From the NCBI GenBank assembly GCA_039918515.1, contig JBDSHL010000418.1, forward strand, positions 1-27,535: DNA of 27,535 nt, given 5' to 3'. Made by a program: the position numbers and the translations under genes. This DNA is from Saprospiraceae bacterium (lineage in GTDB: Bacteria > Bacteroidota > Bacteroidia > Chitinophagales > Saprospiraceae). Under the pieces are notes generated by a model. The model saw only the letters and a list, made by a program, of their open reading frames with translations, searched no databases and was not told the DNA's origin. Of the stretch, positions 1 to 9,737 are shown piece by piece. The number at the start of each line of letters is the position of its first letter. Within the stretch, counting starts at the first letter, position 1.

Positions 1-1
1 C

Positions 2-325
2 AAAGCTTTTGCATTACAGAATTTTAATAAACTCGAAGAGGCCATTCAACAATATAAAGCTAACATTTCAAAAAGACCAGATTATGAATTATCTTATTAC
101 AATTTAGGTATCATATATCAAAAAAAAGATTCTTGTTTGTTAGCATTAAAATATCTTGACAAAGCCATTGAACTAAATAATAAAGAAGCGTCAAGTTATT
201 ACTTTAGGGCTAAATGTAAAATCAAGTTGAATGATAAGAAAAGCGCACGAGAAGATTTAACTATGGCCATTCATATATATCCTAATTACGATGAGGCTAA
301 AGAATTATTAAGTAAAATAAAATAA
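2..325 (+). CDS. Tetratricopeptide repeat protein, 5'-truncated by the window edge
   Basis: The frame is open from base 2 to TAA 323-325. The translation shows TPR patterns (EEAIQQYKANISKRPDYELSYYNLG; YLDKAIELN; YYFRA; AREDLTMAI..YPNY..A). The 137 TTG start in the track is internal. Confidence 0.85.
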   Translation, partial: KAFALQNFNKLEEAIQQYKANISKRPDYELSYYNLGIIYQKKDSCLLALKYLDKAIELNNKEASSYYFRAKCKIKLNDKKSAREDLTMAIHIYPNYDEAKELLSKIK

Positions 326-353
326 TTAAAAATTATTCAAAAGAATCAAAAAG

Positions 354-397
354 AAAAATAATAAGACAAACGGAACTTTATTTGCCTTATTATTTTT
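354..397. terminator. Probable bidirectional intrinsic terminator between convergent genes
   Basis: 17-bp inverted repeat AAAAATAATAAGACAAA / TTTGCCTTATTATTTTT with one mismatch (G-U on the minus strand), a 10-nt loop and A/T tails. Confidence 0.6.
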
Positions 398-403
398 TTA
401 TTT

Positions 404-1414
404 TTAAAAATTTCTATTATAAACAAGGATCAGTTGTTGGATAATATTCGTTCTTTTTCCTTGACCAGAAATACCTCCTACGGCATTTTTATCGCTAATA
501 TTATTTAACTTATTGTCATCATAATAAGCATCTAATTTGAAACTTAAACTTAATCCCTTAAAAATTTCAACTCCAATATTATTAAGCCAAGTAACATCAA
601 TGTTCTGTGGATTATCAGTATAGTCTGAATATAATAATAATTCAGAGCCAAAATTTAATTTTTTGAAAAGTTTAGCGGTATATCCAGCATGAGCTAAAGC
701 TCCAATACCCGATGATGATTTTTTGTAATTCGTACTATTTGCTTTCAACTTGGTTCCATGGACTCCTAAATTTGCGATCTTTTGATCTGTTATAATAATA
801 GACTTCAAAGCTAGTGGAGAAAGAAAAACATACCAGTTCGGTTGTTCCTGATACTTCATACCCAGAGCGAGAGTAAAATTCGCCGGGGATAAAAATTTAG
901 ATACTAATTTGGTGTTGTAGGTTCCATTGTGCAAATCTTGCAAGTAAATTTTTTTAGATACAGAATCAAGAAATGACTTGGAAAATTGAGATTGGAAAAA
1001 AAAGTCAGTAGAATAGGCCCAATGTGAGCCTTCTTTTAGTTTGTAGGCGATATTAGAACTAATCTTTAAAATGTCGAGCGCTTTTTCAAAAGGCACTTTG
1101 TCTTTGGAGCCAACACTTAATGTTCCGCTACCGATTTTTTGAGCTGAATAATTAATCCCAAAATCATTGGTCCAATTAAGCAACCCTCTTTTCAAATTCG
1201 CTTTAAAAGCAATAGCTCCTCCAAGACTAAGCCGATTAGATCCACCACCAACATAAGGATTAATGTTCAAAAGCTGTCCTAGATCCAAACCAAGACTACC
1301 TTTGCTGAGCCATCCATCGCGATCTTCAGCTTTCTGTACTTCAGCATTGACTGATTGTGTGAAAGCTATAATTCCCCAGACATTCATGAAAATAAAGAGT
1401 AAAGATTTTTTCAT
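404..1414 (-). CDS. Outer-membrane beta-barrel protein, probably DUF3078 family
   Basis: 336 aa with a signal peptide, amphipathic beta-strand pattern and C-terminal Phe (VYNRNF). Segments such as W...G.LGLDLGQ, SKFLSPA...LALGMKY and P.NIDVTW.N resemble Bacteroidota DUF3078. Confidence 0.65.
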   Translation of the reverse strand: MKKSLLFIFMNVWGIIAFTQSVNAEVQKAEDRDGWLSKGSLGLDLGQLLNINPYVGGGSNRLSLGGAIAFKANLKRGLLNWTNDFGINYSAQKIGSGTLSVGSKDKVPFEKALDILKISSNIAYKLKEGSHWAYSTDFFFQSQFSKSFLDSVSKKIYLQDLHNGTYNTKLVSKFLSPANFTLALGMKYQEQPNWYVFLSPLALKSIIITDQKIANLGVHGTKLKANSTNYKKSSSGIGALAHAGYTAKLFKKLNFGSELLLYSDYTDNPQNIDVTWLNNIGVEIFKGLSLSFKLDAYYDDNKLNNISDKNAVGGISGQGKRTNIIQQLILVYNRNF

Positions 1415-1847
1415 ACAAAATAATTTTTAGTGATTAATAAAGGTTTTAAATTTTTTTTTGCAAGTTTGTAATTTCGAAAATTAAATAATCATCTTGACAC
1501 TCTTTGGTTAATGAAATATTACCCATTTCAAAATTTTCCAGAAAGTATCCTCAACATTTACTTTCTGGCCGATTTTTAATTTTTCTTCATAATAAAATGA
1601 AACTAAAAATTAGCTACTACTTCCTTAACTAACGAGCCTTATCCAATTGCACAGGCCAAAGATAAATAGGAAAAGCCCTTTAATCCAAGAATATCTACAG
1701 AAGTAAACATTTATCATAACTGTATGGAACTCGTAATTATACCTTCATTGTTAATTAAATTTAAAGCAATTTTATTTAAATGGCTTTTTGATCAATATAT
1801 TGACTAAACTATTCCATATTTTAGTCGAATTGTAGGGTCAAAGTGAC

Positions 1848-1855
1848 TATTTTTG
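1848..1855 (+). promoter_or_regulatory. Bacteroidota -7 promoter element (TATTTTTG) for the peptidase-mutY-ssb-gldE-gldD unit
   Basis: Matches TAnnTTTG and lies 17 nt before ATG 1873. It overlaps the track's GTG start region, which favours 1873 as the real start. Confidence 0.6.
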
Positions 1856-1872
1856 TAATTAATTATTATTCA

Positions 1873-3282
1873 ATGTCTAAAGTATATAGTAAGATTGAAA
1901 GAATCTCATTTATAATTTTATTTATCACTTCCAAGTTGTTTGTAAGTCAACTTATAGCTCAAGATTCAGATACCCAAGCCTTCACCATTAAGAAACTTTA
2001 TGAAGAAGCATTAAGCCAACAAATGTCTTATAAGTGGCTCTATTTTCTATCTGAAAAAATAGGAGGACGCTTAGCAGGAAGTCCGCAAAGTCTTTCAGCC
2101 ATTGAATTTACACATCAAGTTTTAGATAGTTTAAATACTACTAAAGTATGGAATCAGCCCTGTGAAGTAAAATATTGGTATCGAGGAGAGAAAGAACAAG
2201 CTAGAATTATTAATAATAGCATTTTAGGTTCAAAAGACATCAATATATTAGCTCTTGGCGGCTCAGCTTCAACGGGTAAAGACGGTCTTGTAGGAGAAAT
2301 AGTAGAAGTCAAAAGCCTAGATGAAGCCAAAGCTTTAGGTATTAAATTAAAAGACAAGATTGTTTTTTTTAATAGAGCATTTAATAATGCAAATTTAAGA
2401 ACATTTAATTCATACGGAGAGTCAGTTGATCAAAGAGTATTTGGACCAAATCTCGCTTCTAAATTGGGAGCAAAAGCTTGTATAGTCAGATCAATGACTG
2501 GCAAATTAGATGATTTGCCACATACTGGCGTCACTATTTTTGAACCACAGTTTTCGCCTATTCCATCTGTAGCAGTGAGTACAAATGATGCTGAAATATT
2601 GTCTAGTTTAGTCAAAAGAAGTAAGGTCGAAATTTTTATTAGAACAAGTTGTGAAGATCGTGGAACTAAGACTTCTTATAATGTAATAGGTGAAATCAAG
2701 GGTTCAGAGAAACCTAACGAAATCATTTTGGTAGGCGGTCATCTTGATTCTTGGGATGTTGGAGGAGGTGCCCATGATGATGGAGCTGGATGTGTACATT
2801 CAATGGACGTATTCTATTTATTAAAGAGAATTAATTATACACCAAAAAGAACATTAAGATGTGTACTTTTTATGAATGAAGAAAATGGACTTTCAGGAGG
2901 CAAAACCTATTCAGAAGAGTCCGCAAAAGCAGGAGAATATCATTATGCTGCATTAGAAAGTGATTCAGGAGGATTTGTACCAAAAGGATTCAGTTATGAT
3001 AGCGATAGTTCTACTTTAAAAAATTATACTCCTTTTTTTGCAGAATGGTCTAATCTATTATCTCCGTATGATATTAAATTCGTTAAAGGTGGTTCAGGTG
3101 CCGATATTGGTCCATTAAAAGCACAAAAAGGGATACTCTTTGGACTTACTCCAGATTCTCAGAGATATTTTGATTTTCATCACACTGCAGCAGATCGAAT
3201 TGATGCCGTGCATCCACGAGAATTGGCTTTGGGTTCCGCTGCTATGGCCAGTTTGGTCTATCTGCTAGATCAGACTCCTTAA
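1873..3282 (+). CDS. Exported M28 metallopeptidase (carboxypeptidase Q-like, PA domain)
   Basis: Zn-ligand motifs GGHLDSWD, GAHDDGAG, NEENGL, ESDSG and YFDFHHTAAD, plus an N-terminal signal-like segment. Start moved from GTG 1843 to ATG 1873. Confidence 0.88.
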   Translation: MSKVYSKIERISFIILFITSKLFVSQLIAQDSDTQAFTIKKLYEEALSQQMSYKWLYFLSEKIGGRLAGSPQSLSAIEFTHQVLDSLNTTKVWNQPCEVKYWYRGEKEQARIINNSILGSKDINILALGGSASTGKDGLVGEIVEVKSLDEAKALGIKLKDKIVFFNRAFNNANLRTFNSYGESVDQRVFGPNLASKLGAKACIVRSMTGKLDDLPHTGVTIFEPQFSPIPSVAVSTNDAEILSSLVKRSKVEIFIRTSCEDRGTKTSYNVIGEIKGSEKPNEIILVGGHLDSWDVGGGAHDDGAGCVHSMDVFYLLKRINYTPKRTLRCVLFMNEENGLSGGKTYSEESAKAGEYHYAALESDSGGFVPKGFSYDSDSSTLKNYTPFFAEWSNLLSPYDIKFVKGGSGADIGPLKAQKGILFGLTPDSQRYFDFHHTAADRIDAVHPRELALGSAAMASLVYLLDQTP

Positions 3283-3294
3283 AAACTAACAATT

Positions 3295-4368
3295 ATGCTC
3301 AATTACTTGAGCTTTAATCATAAATTATTGCTTTGGTCAGGGAGAAATACCAGAAAAATGCCATGGCTATTGGAGAAAGATCCATACCGAATATGGATAT
3401 CAGAAATAATGCTCCAACAAACTAGGGTTGATCAAGTCATTCCATACTATGAAAGATTTTTAGCAAAGTTTCCGACAATAACTCATTTAGCAGATGCAAA
3501 TATTGATGAGGTTCTGAAGATTTGGGAAGGATTGGGGTATTACACTAGAGCAAGAAATATTCATCAAAGTTCACGAATTGTGATGAAAGATTATAATGGA
3601 CAATTTCCGAAGGATTATAATGAGATTAAATCTTTAAGAGGAATAGGGGCGTATACAGCAGCGGCTATTTCGGCATTTGCATTCAATTTAAAAATTGCAG
3701 CTGTAGATGGAAATTGTATACGTGTTATTTCAAGAGTTTTTGGTATTAATAGTGAAGCTAATCAAGCAAAGTCAATAAATAATTATCAACTTATTGCCAA
3801 TAAATGCCTGGGAATGTCGGATCCTTCACATTTTAATCAAGCCATGATGGATCTAGGTGCAACAATCTGTCTTCCCAAAAATCCAATTTGTATTGAGTGT
3901 CCATTTGAGGTGGAATGTTATGCTAGAAATGAAGGAAGAATTTCTGATTTTCCTCCGAAAAAACCCAAAATAGTTAAAGTTAAGCGTTTATTGAACTATG
4001 TATTTCTGGTAGATAAAGAAGGAAATTCCCTTATAAAGAGGCGTGAAAATAAAGATATCTGGAAAGGTTTATACGAGTTTATTTTAATCGAAAAAAAAAG
4101 TAAAATCAAACTAAATAAATCTAAGATAAAGGAGGAACTTGGGGCTCTTCTTACTTATGTCAGTGAATTTTCGGTTCAGGTAGACAAATACAATCATCAA
4201 CTTACTCATCAAAGTCTTGAGGTGATTTTTTACAAAATAAGCTTATCAGGAAAAATACGATTAAAAAATAATTCAGGGTATTTAGTTGAAAATGTCAAAA
4301 ATTTTTTGAATTTTGCATTTCCAAGAATAGTTAGAATCTATTTAGAAAACGATTTCAAAAAGGATTAA
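3295..4368 (+). CDS. mutY: A/G-specific adenine glycosylase
   Basis: ISEIMLQQT, WEGLGYYTRARN, HhH LRGIGAYTAAAI, VDGN, and Fe-S motif C-X6-C-X2-C-X5-C. Confidence 0.96.
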   Translation: MLNYLSFNHKLLLWSGRNTRKMPWLLEKDPYRIWISEIMLQQTRVDQVIPYYERFLAKFPTITHLADANIDEVLKIWEGLGYYTRARNIHQSSRIVMKDYNGQFPKDYNEIKSLRGIGAYTAAAISAFAFNLKIAAVDGNCIRVISRVFGINSEANQAKSINNYQLIANKCLGMSDPSHFNQAMMDLGATICLPKNPICIECPFEVECYARNEGRISDFPPKKPKIVKVKRLLNYVFLVDKEGNSLIKRRENKDIWKGLYEFILIEKKSKIKLNKSKIKEELGALLTYVSEFSVQVDKYNHQLTHQSLEVIFYKISLSGKIRLKNNSGYLVENVKNFLNFAFPRIVRIYLENDFKKD

Positions 4369-4370
4369 GC

Positions 4371-4802
4371 ATGTTGAACAAAGTATTACTTATAGGAAAC
4401 CTTGGTAAAGATCCAGATATTAGAACTAGTGAAAGCGGTGTTTCCAGAGCAAATTTTACCCTAGCCACAAATGAAAATTATAAGGACCGAAATGGAGACT
4501 GGCAAAAGTCTACTGAATGGCATGACGTCGTATTATGGAGAGGTCTTGCGGATCGTTCAAAAACGCTAAGAAAAGGAATGTTGGTCTATATTGAAGGAAA
4601 GCTAACGCATCGCAAATGGGTAGATAAAGAAGGAAAAGAACATTATTCTGCGGAAGTTACTGTTGATATGCTTAAAATTTTAGAAAAAAGGGAAAGTTCT
4701 AATCCACATGATCCTACAACGCAACCAGGTGATGTGAAAGACAATTTACCGGGAACACAAGGTTTTAGTAGTCATGTAGATGAAGACGATCTCCCTTTTT
4801 AA
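4371..4802 (+). CDS. ssb: Single-stranded DNA-binding protein
   Basis: NKVLLIGNLGKDP, TEWH, KGMLVYIEGKL, and acidic tail EDDLPF. Confidence 0.97.
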   Translation: MLNKVLLIGNLGKDPDIRTSESGVSRANFTLATNENYKDRNGDWQKSTEWHDVVLWRGLADRSKTLRKGMLVYIEGKLTHRKWVDKEGKEHYSAEVTVDMLKILEKRESSNPHDPTTQPGDVKDNLPGTQGFSSHVDEDDLPF

Positions 4803-4834
4803 TCAATTCAAATTATTATGATTCTTAAATAAAA

Positions 4835-6241
4835 ATGGATACAACTGATCCCGGATCGGATTTTTTTCTAACCATACTATTGACTAGTTCACCTGATATA
4901 TTTTCTATCGTATCAAGTATAACAGGGCTTATATTATTATTAATCTGTGTCGGGTTGGTTTCTGCTGTTGAGACAGCTATATTTTCTATGTCACCAAAGG
5001 ATCTAGAACAACTAAAATTAGAAAACGAAAATGAAGCTGCGAAGACTCTTTTAAACCTTAGAAGCCATACTAAAAGACTGTTGGCTTTATTGCTTATACT
5101 CATTACTTTGATTAATATTGGAATTGCATTAGTCTTTGAGCATATTATTGAAATATGTCTTCCTTATGATGCATTTAATGGACTTGCATCTTGGCTTCAA
5201 ATTGTATTTGGATTGACTACTATTTCAGTTGACTCCATTTCTCACTTTTTGAATTTTCTAATTGCAGTGGTCGGATCAACTTTAGTTATATTGTTGTTCG
5301 GTGAAGTGACACCTAAAATCTATGGGCAATTGAACAGTAGACAACTCTCTTTAAACATGGCATTGCCCTTAAAATTTGTAGATATTATAATGGCGCCTTT
5401 GACCTATTTATTAGTAGGAATGAGTAGTCGAGTTGAAAAAAAATTATTGGAAAGAAAAATAGTAGGTTCCTCCACATCAAAGCAAGATTTGGATAGAGCC
5501 ATTGACTTAGCCGTAAGTGATGAATTAGGGTCAGAAAAGCAGGTTGACATGTTAAAAGGGATCATTAAGTTTAATGATGTTTCAATTAGACAAATCATGA
5601 GACCCAGAACTGAAATATTTGCTTTAGACTTTGATGATTCATTTAAAGAAATTGTAGAACTAGTAAAGACGAATGGATATTCTAGAATGCCTGTTTATCG
5701 TGGTGATCTTGATCATTTGAGTGGCATTCTGTACGCTAAGGATCTAATTCCTTTGTTAAATGAAAAGGACGAATATGAATGGCAGTCATTGATGCGAAGT
5801 AATCTTTTCTATGTTCCAGAACATAGAAAGATTCATGATTTATTGCATGACTTTCAAGTAAAGAAAGTACATATGGCGATCGTAGTAGATGAGTATGGAG
5901 GAACAAACGGATTAGTTACTTTGGAAGATATAATGGAGCAGGTAGTTGGTGAAATACAAGACGAATTTGATGATCTTCACGATTTAAATTATACCATCAT
6001 AGATCGACACAATTACATTTTTGAAGGAAATACGCTTATTAACGATATGTGTCGTGTTCTTGGAATGGATACCAATACTTTTGATAATAGTAGAGGCTCT
6101 GCGGATTCTATTGCTGGACTAGTACTGGAACTAACAAGTGAAATGCCAAAACGGGATCAAGAAGTTAGTTTGAATAAAGTTAAATTTAAAATTATTCAAG
6201 TTAATAAACGCAGAATTGAAAAAATTAAAGTAACTTTCTAG
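4835..6241 (+). CDS. gldE: Gliding motility-associated protein GldE (CNNM/DUF21 + CBS pair + CorC domain)
   Basis: SAVETAIFS, LFGEVTPK, IMRPR, YSRMPVY, VVDEYGGTNGLVTLEDIMEQVVGEI. It sits in the ssb-gldE-gldD order typical of gliding Bacteroidota. Confidence 0.88.
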   Translation: MDTTDPGSDFFLTILLTSSPDIFSIVSSITGLILLLICVGLVSAVETAIFSMSPKDLEQLKLENENEAAKTLLNLRSHTKRLLALLLILITLINIGIALVFEHIIEICLPYDAFNGLASWLQIVFGLTTISVDSISHFLNFLIAVVGSTLVILLFGEVTPKIYGQLNSRQLSLNMALPLKFVDIIMAPLTYLLVGMSSRVEKKLLERKIVGSSTSKQDLDRAIDLAVSDELGSEKQVDMLKGIIKFNDVSIRQIMRPRTEIFALDFDDSFKEIVELVKTNGYSRMPVYRGDLDHLSGILYAKDLIPLLNEKDEYEWQSLMRSNLFYVPEHRKIHDLLHDFQVKKVHMAIVVDEYGGTNGLVTLEDIMEQVVGEIQDEFDDLHDLNYTIIDRHNYIFEGNTLINDMCRVLGMDTNTFDNSRGSADSIAGLVLELTSEMPKRDQEVSLNKVKFKIIQVNKRRIEKIKVTF

Positions 6242-6259
6242 TCAACTTTTATCGCAACA

Positions 6260-6850
6260 ATGCACTTAAAATTATTCGGTATTTTGGCGATAATTTCGCT
6301 AATCATATCAACATGTAAAGATCAGGTATTCAATCCAAAACCTAGGACTTATCCTAAAGTAGAATTAGAGAAAAAAAAATATTCCTTATTCGAATCTAAC
6401 GATTGCCCTTATCAATTCAACATTCCTGTATATGCCAAGTATGAGAAAGATTCCACTTTTTTTGATACCTTAGCTGGCCCTTGTTGGTTTAATGTCAATT
6501 TTGAAAAACTCAATGCTAAGCTATATTGCACCTATAATGATCTAAATGGAAGATCAAGTTTTTTAAAGGCGATAGATGAGACTTATAAATTAGTAAAAGG
6601 TCATATGATTAAGGCAGATTATATAGATCAGTACCCATTTAACAAACCAAATCATGTTTCTGGTATGATTTATGAAATTCAAGGACCCTCTGCAACGCCA
6701 TTTCAATTTTTTATAACAGACTCTACGGAACATTTTTTAAGAGGTGCATTATATTTCAATACTCACATTAATCCAGATAGCCTAGCACCTTATTATGATT
6801 ATACCAAATCGGATATTATGGAAATGATTAACAGCTTCTCTTGGAAGTAA
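6260..6850 (+). CDS. gldD: Gliding motility lipoprotein GldD
   Basis: Lipoprotein signal ending ISTC, NPKPR, and SPFQF-like ATPFQFFITDSTEHFLRGALYF. Directly follows gldE. Confidence 0.88.
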   Translation: MHLKLFGILAIISLIISTCKDQVFNPKPRTYPKVELEKKKYSLFESNDCPYQFNIPVYAKYEKDSTFFDTLAGPCWFNVNFEKLNAKLYCTYNDLNGRSSFLKAIDETYKLVKGHMIKADYIDQYPFNKPNHVSGMIYEIQGPSATPFQFFITDSTEHFLRGALYFNTHINPDSLAPYYDYTKSDIMEMINSFSWK

Positions 6851-6880
6851 AAAAAAATAGCGGGACCTAAATCCCGCTAT
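6849..6880 (-). terminator. Intrinsic terminator for leftward transcription from the recA side
   Basis: Perfect 9-bp stem ATAGCGGGA/TCCCGCTAT (6857-6865/6872-6880) with a 6-nt loop. The A-run at 6849-6856 gives a U tail on the minus strand. Confidence 0.8.
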
Positions 6881-6986
6881 CAGATATATAAATAGGATAA
6901 GAAAGTGGTTGATTGAATTGACTATAAATAATCAAAAAAATCTTCCAAGTATTTTTTACCGTTTGTCCTTGTTCAGTTTTCGAAAA

Positions 6987-6994
6987 CAAAGATA
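6987..6994 (-). promoter_or_regulatory. Candidate orphan -7 promoter (TATCTTTG) downstream of recA
   Basis: Exact TAnnTTTG match with an ATTG (-33-like) 20 nt upstream. No ORF follows before the terminator. Confidence 0.4.
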
Positions 6995-7037
6995 AACTTA
7001 TTCTAAATATCCAACAATATTTTAATAAAAGTATCTA

Positions 7038-8078
7038 TTATTCTTCATTTTCTGTGACTTCAGCCTTTACTAATTTTCCAGTAGCAAGTTTAAGCCTTAT
7101 TTTTTCTTCAATCTCTTTAGATAATTCAGGGTTGTCCAACAAAAATTGCTTAGCTGAATCTCGTCCTTGAGCAATTTTGGTTCCTTCATAAGCATACCAA
7201 CTTCCAGATTTAGTTAAGACATTAAGGTCGGAGCCCAGATCGACAATTTCACCAGACTTGCTAATACCATGACCATATTCAATATCAAATTCAGCTACTT
7301 TGAAGGGAGGCGCCAATTTGTTTTTAACCACCTTAACTTTTACCCTATTACCTGTAACATTTCCGTCTTTATCCTTAATAGCAGTTCCACTTCTCCGGAT
7401 ATCAAGTCTTATAGATGCATAAAATTTCAAGGCATTTCCACCAGTGGTAGTTTCAGGATTGCCGAACATCACACCAATCTTTTCACGTAACTGATTGATA
7501 AAAATGCAACAGCAACCCGTTTTACTAATTGTTCCTGTTAATTTTCTAAGTGCTTGAGACATTAATCTAGCTTGTAGTCCCATTTTAGAGTCACCCATTT
7601 CTCCCTCAATTTCACTTCGTGGAACCAATGCTGCTACAGAATCAATGACGATAATTTCAATAGCACCTGATCTGATTAAATTCTCAGCAATTTCAAGAGC
7701 CTGCTCCCCATTATCTGGCTGTGAAATGAGCAATTCCTCTGTATTTACACCAAGGCCATCTGCATAGGCGCGGTCAAAGGCATGCTCAGCATCAATAAAT
7801 GCGGCTATGCCTCCTTTCCTCTGACATTCAGCGATAGCGTGGATGGCTAAGGTTGTTTTACCTGAACTTTCTGGGCCATATATTTCTATTACTCGACCTT
7901 TAGGTAGGCCGCCAATTCCTAAAGCGACATCCAGGCCTAGAGACCCTGTTGAAATGATATCTACTTCATGAACTGCTTTATCACCAAGTTTCATTATTGA
8001 ACCTTTACCGTAAGTCTTTTCTAAACGATCAATGGTTAATTGTAGGGCTTTTAATTTCTCATCTTTCTCTTTTGACAT
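7038..8078 (-). CDS. recA: Recombinase A
   Basis: [66 protein letters not shown]. No intein. Confidence 0.99.
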   Translation of the reverse strand: MSKEKDEKLKALQLTIDRLEKTYGKGSIMKLGDKAVHEVDIISTGSLGLDVALGIGGLPKGRVIEIYGPESSGKTTLAIHAIAECQRKGGIAAFIDAEHAFDRAYADGLGVNTEELLISQPDNGEQALEIAENLIRSGAIEIIVIDSVAALVPRSEIEGEMGDSKMGLQARLMSQALRKLTGTISKTGCCCIFINQLREKIGVMFGNPETTTGGNALKFYASIRLDIRRSGTAIKDKDGNVTGNRVKVKVVKNKLAPPFKVAEFDIEYGHGISKSGEIVDLGSDLNVLTKSGSWYAYEGTKIAQGRDSAKQFLLDNPELSKEIEEKIRLKLATGKLVKAEVTENEE

Positions 8079-8100
8079 ATTAATTTTTTATATATTAATG

Positions 8101-8108
8101 CAAATGTA
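8101..8108 (-). promoter_or_regulatory. -7 promoter element (TACATTTG) of recA
   Basis: TAnnTTTG match 22 nt upstream of the recA ATG. Confidence 0.7.
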
Positions 8109-8186
8109 ATATGAATAGAGAATATATAGAAAAATAATATTATGTATATTTAAGAATAGGAATTGTGGAGAACTTATTTTTACAGA

Positions 8187-9719
8187 ATGAAAGAACGTTT
8201 CTCGTTAGAACATAAAGAATGGACAATTCAAGAAATTGTCAATATTTGGAAAAGTGATCTCAATATAAAATTATCAGCTAAAAGTATTGAACTCATTAAT
8301 TCAAGTCGAAGCAAGTTAGATCAGATAATTCAAGATTCCGATAATGCTATCTATGGAATTAATACAGGATTTGGAGCATTGTGTAATACGATAATAAGGA
8401 GTGATGAATTAGATCAATTGCAAATAAATTTAGTAAGATCTCATGCTTGTGGCACTGGTAAGGAAATTTCAGTGTCATTGGTTAAGTTAATTTTGTTGTT
8501 AAAAATCATAAGTCTGTCTAAAGGCTATTCAGGTGTAAGATTAGAATTAGTCGAGTTTTTAATTGAATTGTATAACAATAAAATTTATCCAAGCATTCCC
8601 GAAATGGGATCACTAGGAGCCTCAGGTGATTTAGCGCCTCTCTCGCATCTAAGTTTGCTTTGTATAGGAGAAGGAGAATTACTTTCTCATTCAACACAAA
8701 TAAATCAAAGTGTAAAAGAAATTTTATCTCAAAATAATATTCAAATCCCAATGCTAAAAGCAAAGGAAGGTTTAGCTTTATTAAATGGAACTCAGTATTC
8801 TTTAGCATTATTGTTAGAGGCCTGCACAACAGCTGAAGATCTTTATCATCAGGCTAGTGTAATTTCAGCATTATCTATGGAAGCATTTAACTGTTCAACT
8901 GATTTTTTAAATGAAGAGATTCACGAGATAAGAAAGCAAAAAGGACAAATATTTACCGCGGCTCAAATTCGAAAAATATTAAGCCAAGGAAATTTAAAAA
9001 CGCGAACTAAAAATTCCGTACAGGATCCATATAGTTTTCGATGTATTCCACAAGTACATGGAGCGAGCTATGATGCAATTATCTATGTAAAAGGAATAAT
9101 AGAAAATGAAATCAATGCCGTTTCTGATAATCCACTTATACTTTCTAATGGTCAAATTTTATCAGGCGGAAACTTTCATGCACAACCATTAGCATTATCC
9201 TCAGATTTCTTATCCATTGCAGTTAGTGAATTAGGAAATATTTCTGAGAGACGAATATATCAATTGATTAACGGGAGTAGAGGACTCCCGGATTTTTTAA
9301 CTCAGGATGCTGGATTAAATTCTGGATACATGATTGTACAATATTCAGCGGCTTCACTTGTTAGTCTTAATAAACAAATGTGCACACCATCATCAGTAGA
9401 TTCAATTGTAACTAGTAAAGGTCAGGAAGATCATGTAAGTATGGCAGCGAATGCAGGATTAAAATGCCTTGGAATTGTTGAAAGATGTTCCAAAATTTTA
9501 AGTATGGAATGGATGACAGCATGTCGTGCTTGGAATTTTAGAAAAGAGGAATGGAAATTAGGTTCAAACTTAGAAAGTATTTTCGAAAGTTATAGGGAGC
9601 AAGTTCCCTTTCAAGCATTAGATCATATTCCATCATTGGACTATGATAGAACATCTGATTTTTTGACAAAATTAAATTTAGGAAAAGGATTAAGAAACTC
9701 ATCTGAAATTACAAATTAG
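8187..9719 (+). CDS. hutH: Histidine ammonia-lyase
   Basis: YGINTGFG, MIO-forming GASGDLAPL, KEGLALLNGT, QDPYSFRCIPQVHGA, GGNFHAQP, QEDHVSM. ATG 8187 is preferred over TTG 8163. Confidence 0.95.
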   Translation: MKERFSLEHKEWTIQEIVNIWKSDLNIKLSAKSIELINSSRSKLDQIIQDSDNAIYGINTGFGALCNTIIRSDELDQLQINLVRSHACGTGKEISVSLVKLILLLKIISLSKGYSGVRLELVEFLIELYNNKIYPSIPEMGSLGASGDLAPLSHLSLLCIGEGELLSHSTQINQSVKEILSQNNIQIPMLKAKEGLALLNGTQYSLALLLEACTTAEDLYHQASVISALSMEAFNCSTDFLNEEIHEIRKQKGQIFTAAQIRKILSQGNLKTRTKNSVQDPYSFRCIPQVHGASYDAIIYVKGIIENEINAVSDNPLILSNGQILSGGNFHAQPLALSSDFLSIAVSELGNISERRIYQLINGSRGLPDFLTQDAGLNSGYMIVQYSAASLVSLNKQMCTPSSVDSIVTSKGQEDHVSMAANAGLKCLGIVERCSKILSMEWMTACRAWNFRKEEWKLGSNLESIFESYREQVPFQALDHIPSLDYDRTSDFLTKLNLGKGLRNSSEITN

Positions 9720-9737
9720 GCAGAATCCCAACTACAT

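Noticed and set aside
4091-4099. A9 run in mutY as a slippage or phase-variation site
   Set aside because: It encodes an ordinary Glu-Lys-Lys-Ser stretch in an AT-rich genome. The gene is intact and I know of no recoding precedent. It is recorded as background for the dnaX claim.
6371-6379. A9 run in gldD as a phase-variable switch for gliding
   Set aside because: It is explained by three AAA Lys codons and the frame is intact. A single sequence gives no evidence of length variation.
8079-8186. SOS/LexA box upstream of recA (also checked upstream of ruvA)
   Set aside because: I found neither CTGT-N8-ACAG nor a GGA-N5-TCC-type motif. Only a short AT-only inverted repeat is present, as expected by chance.
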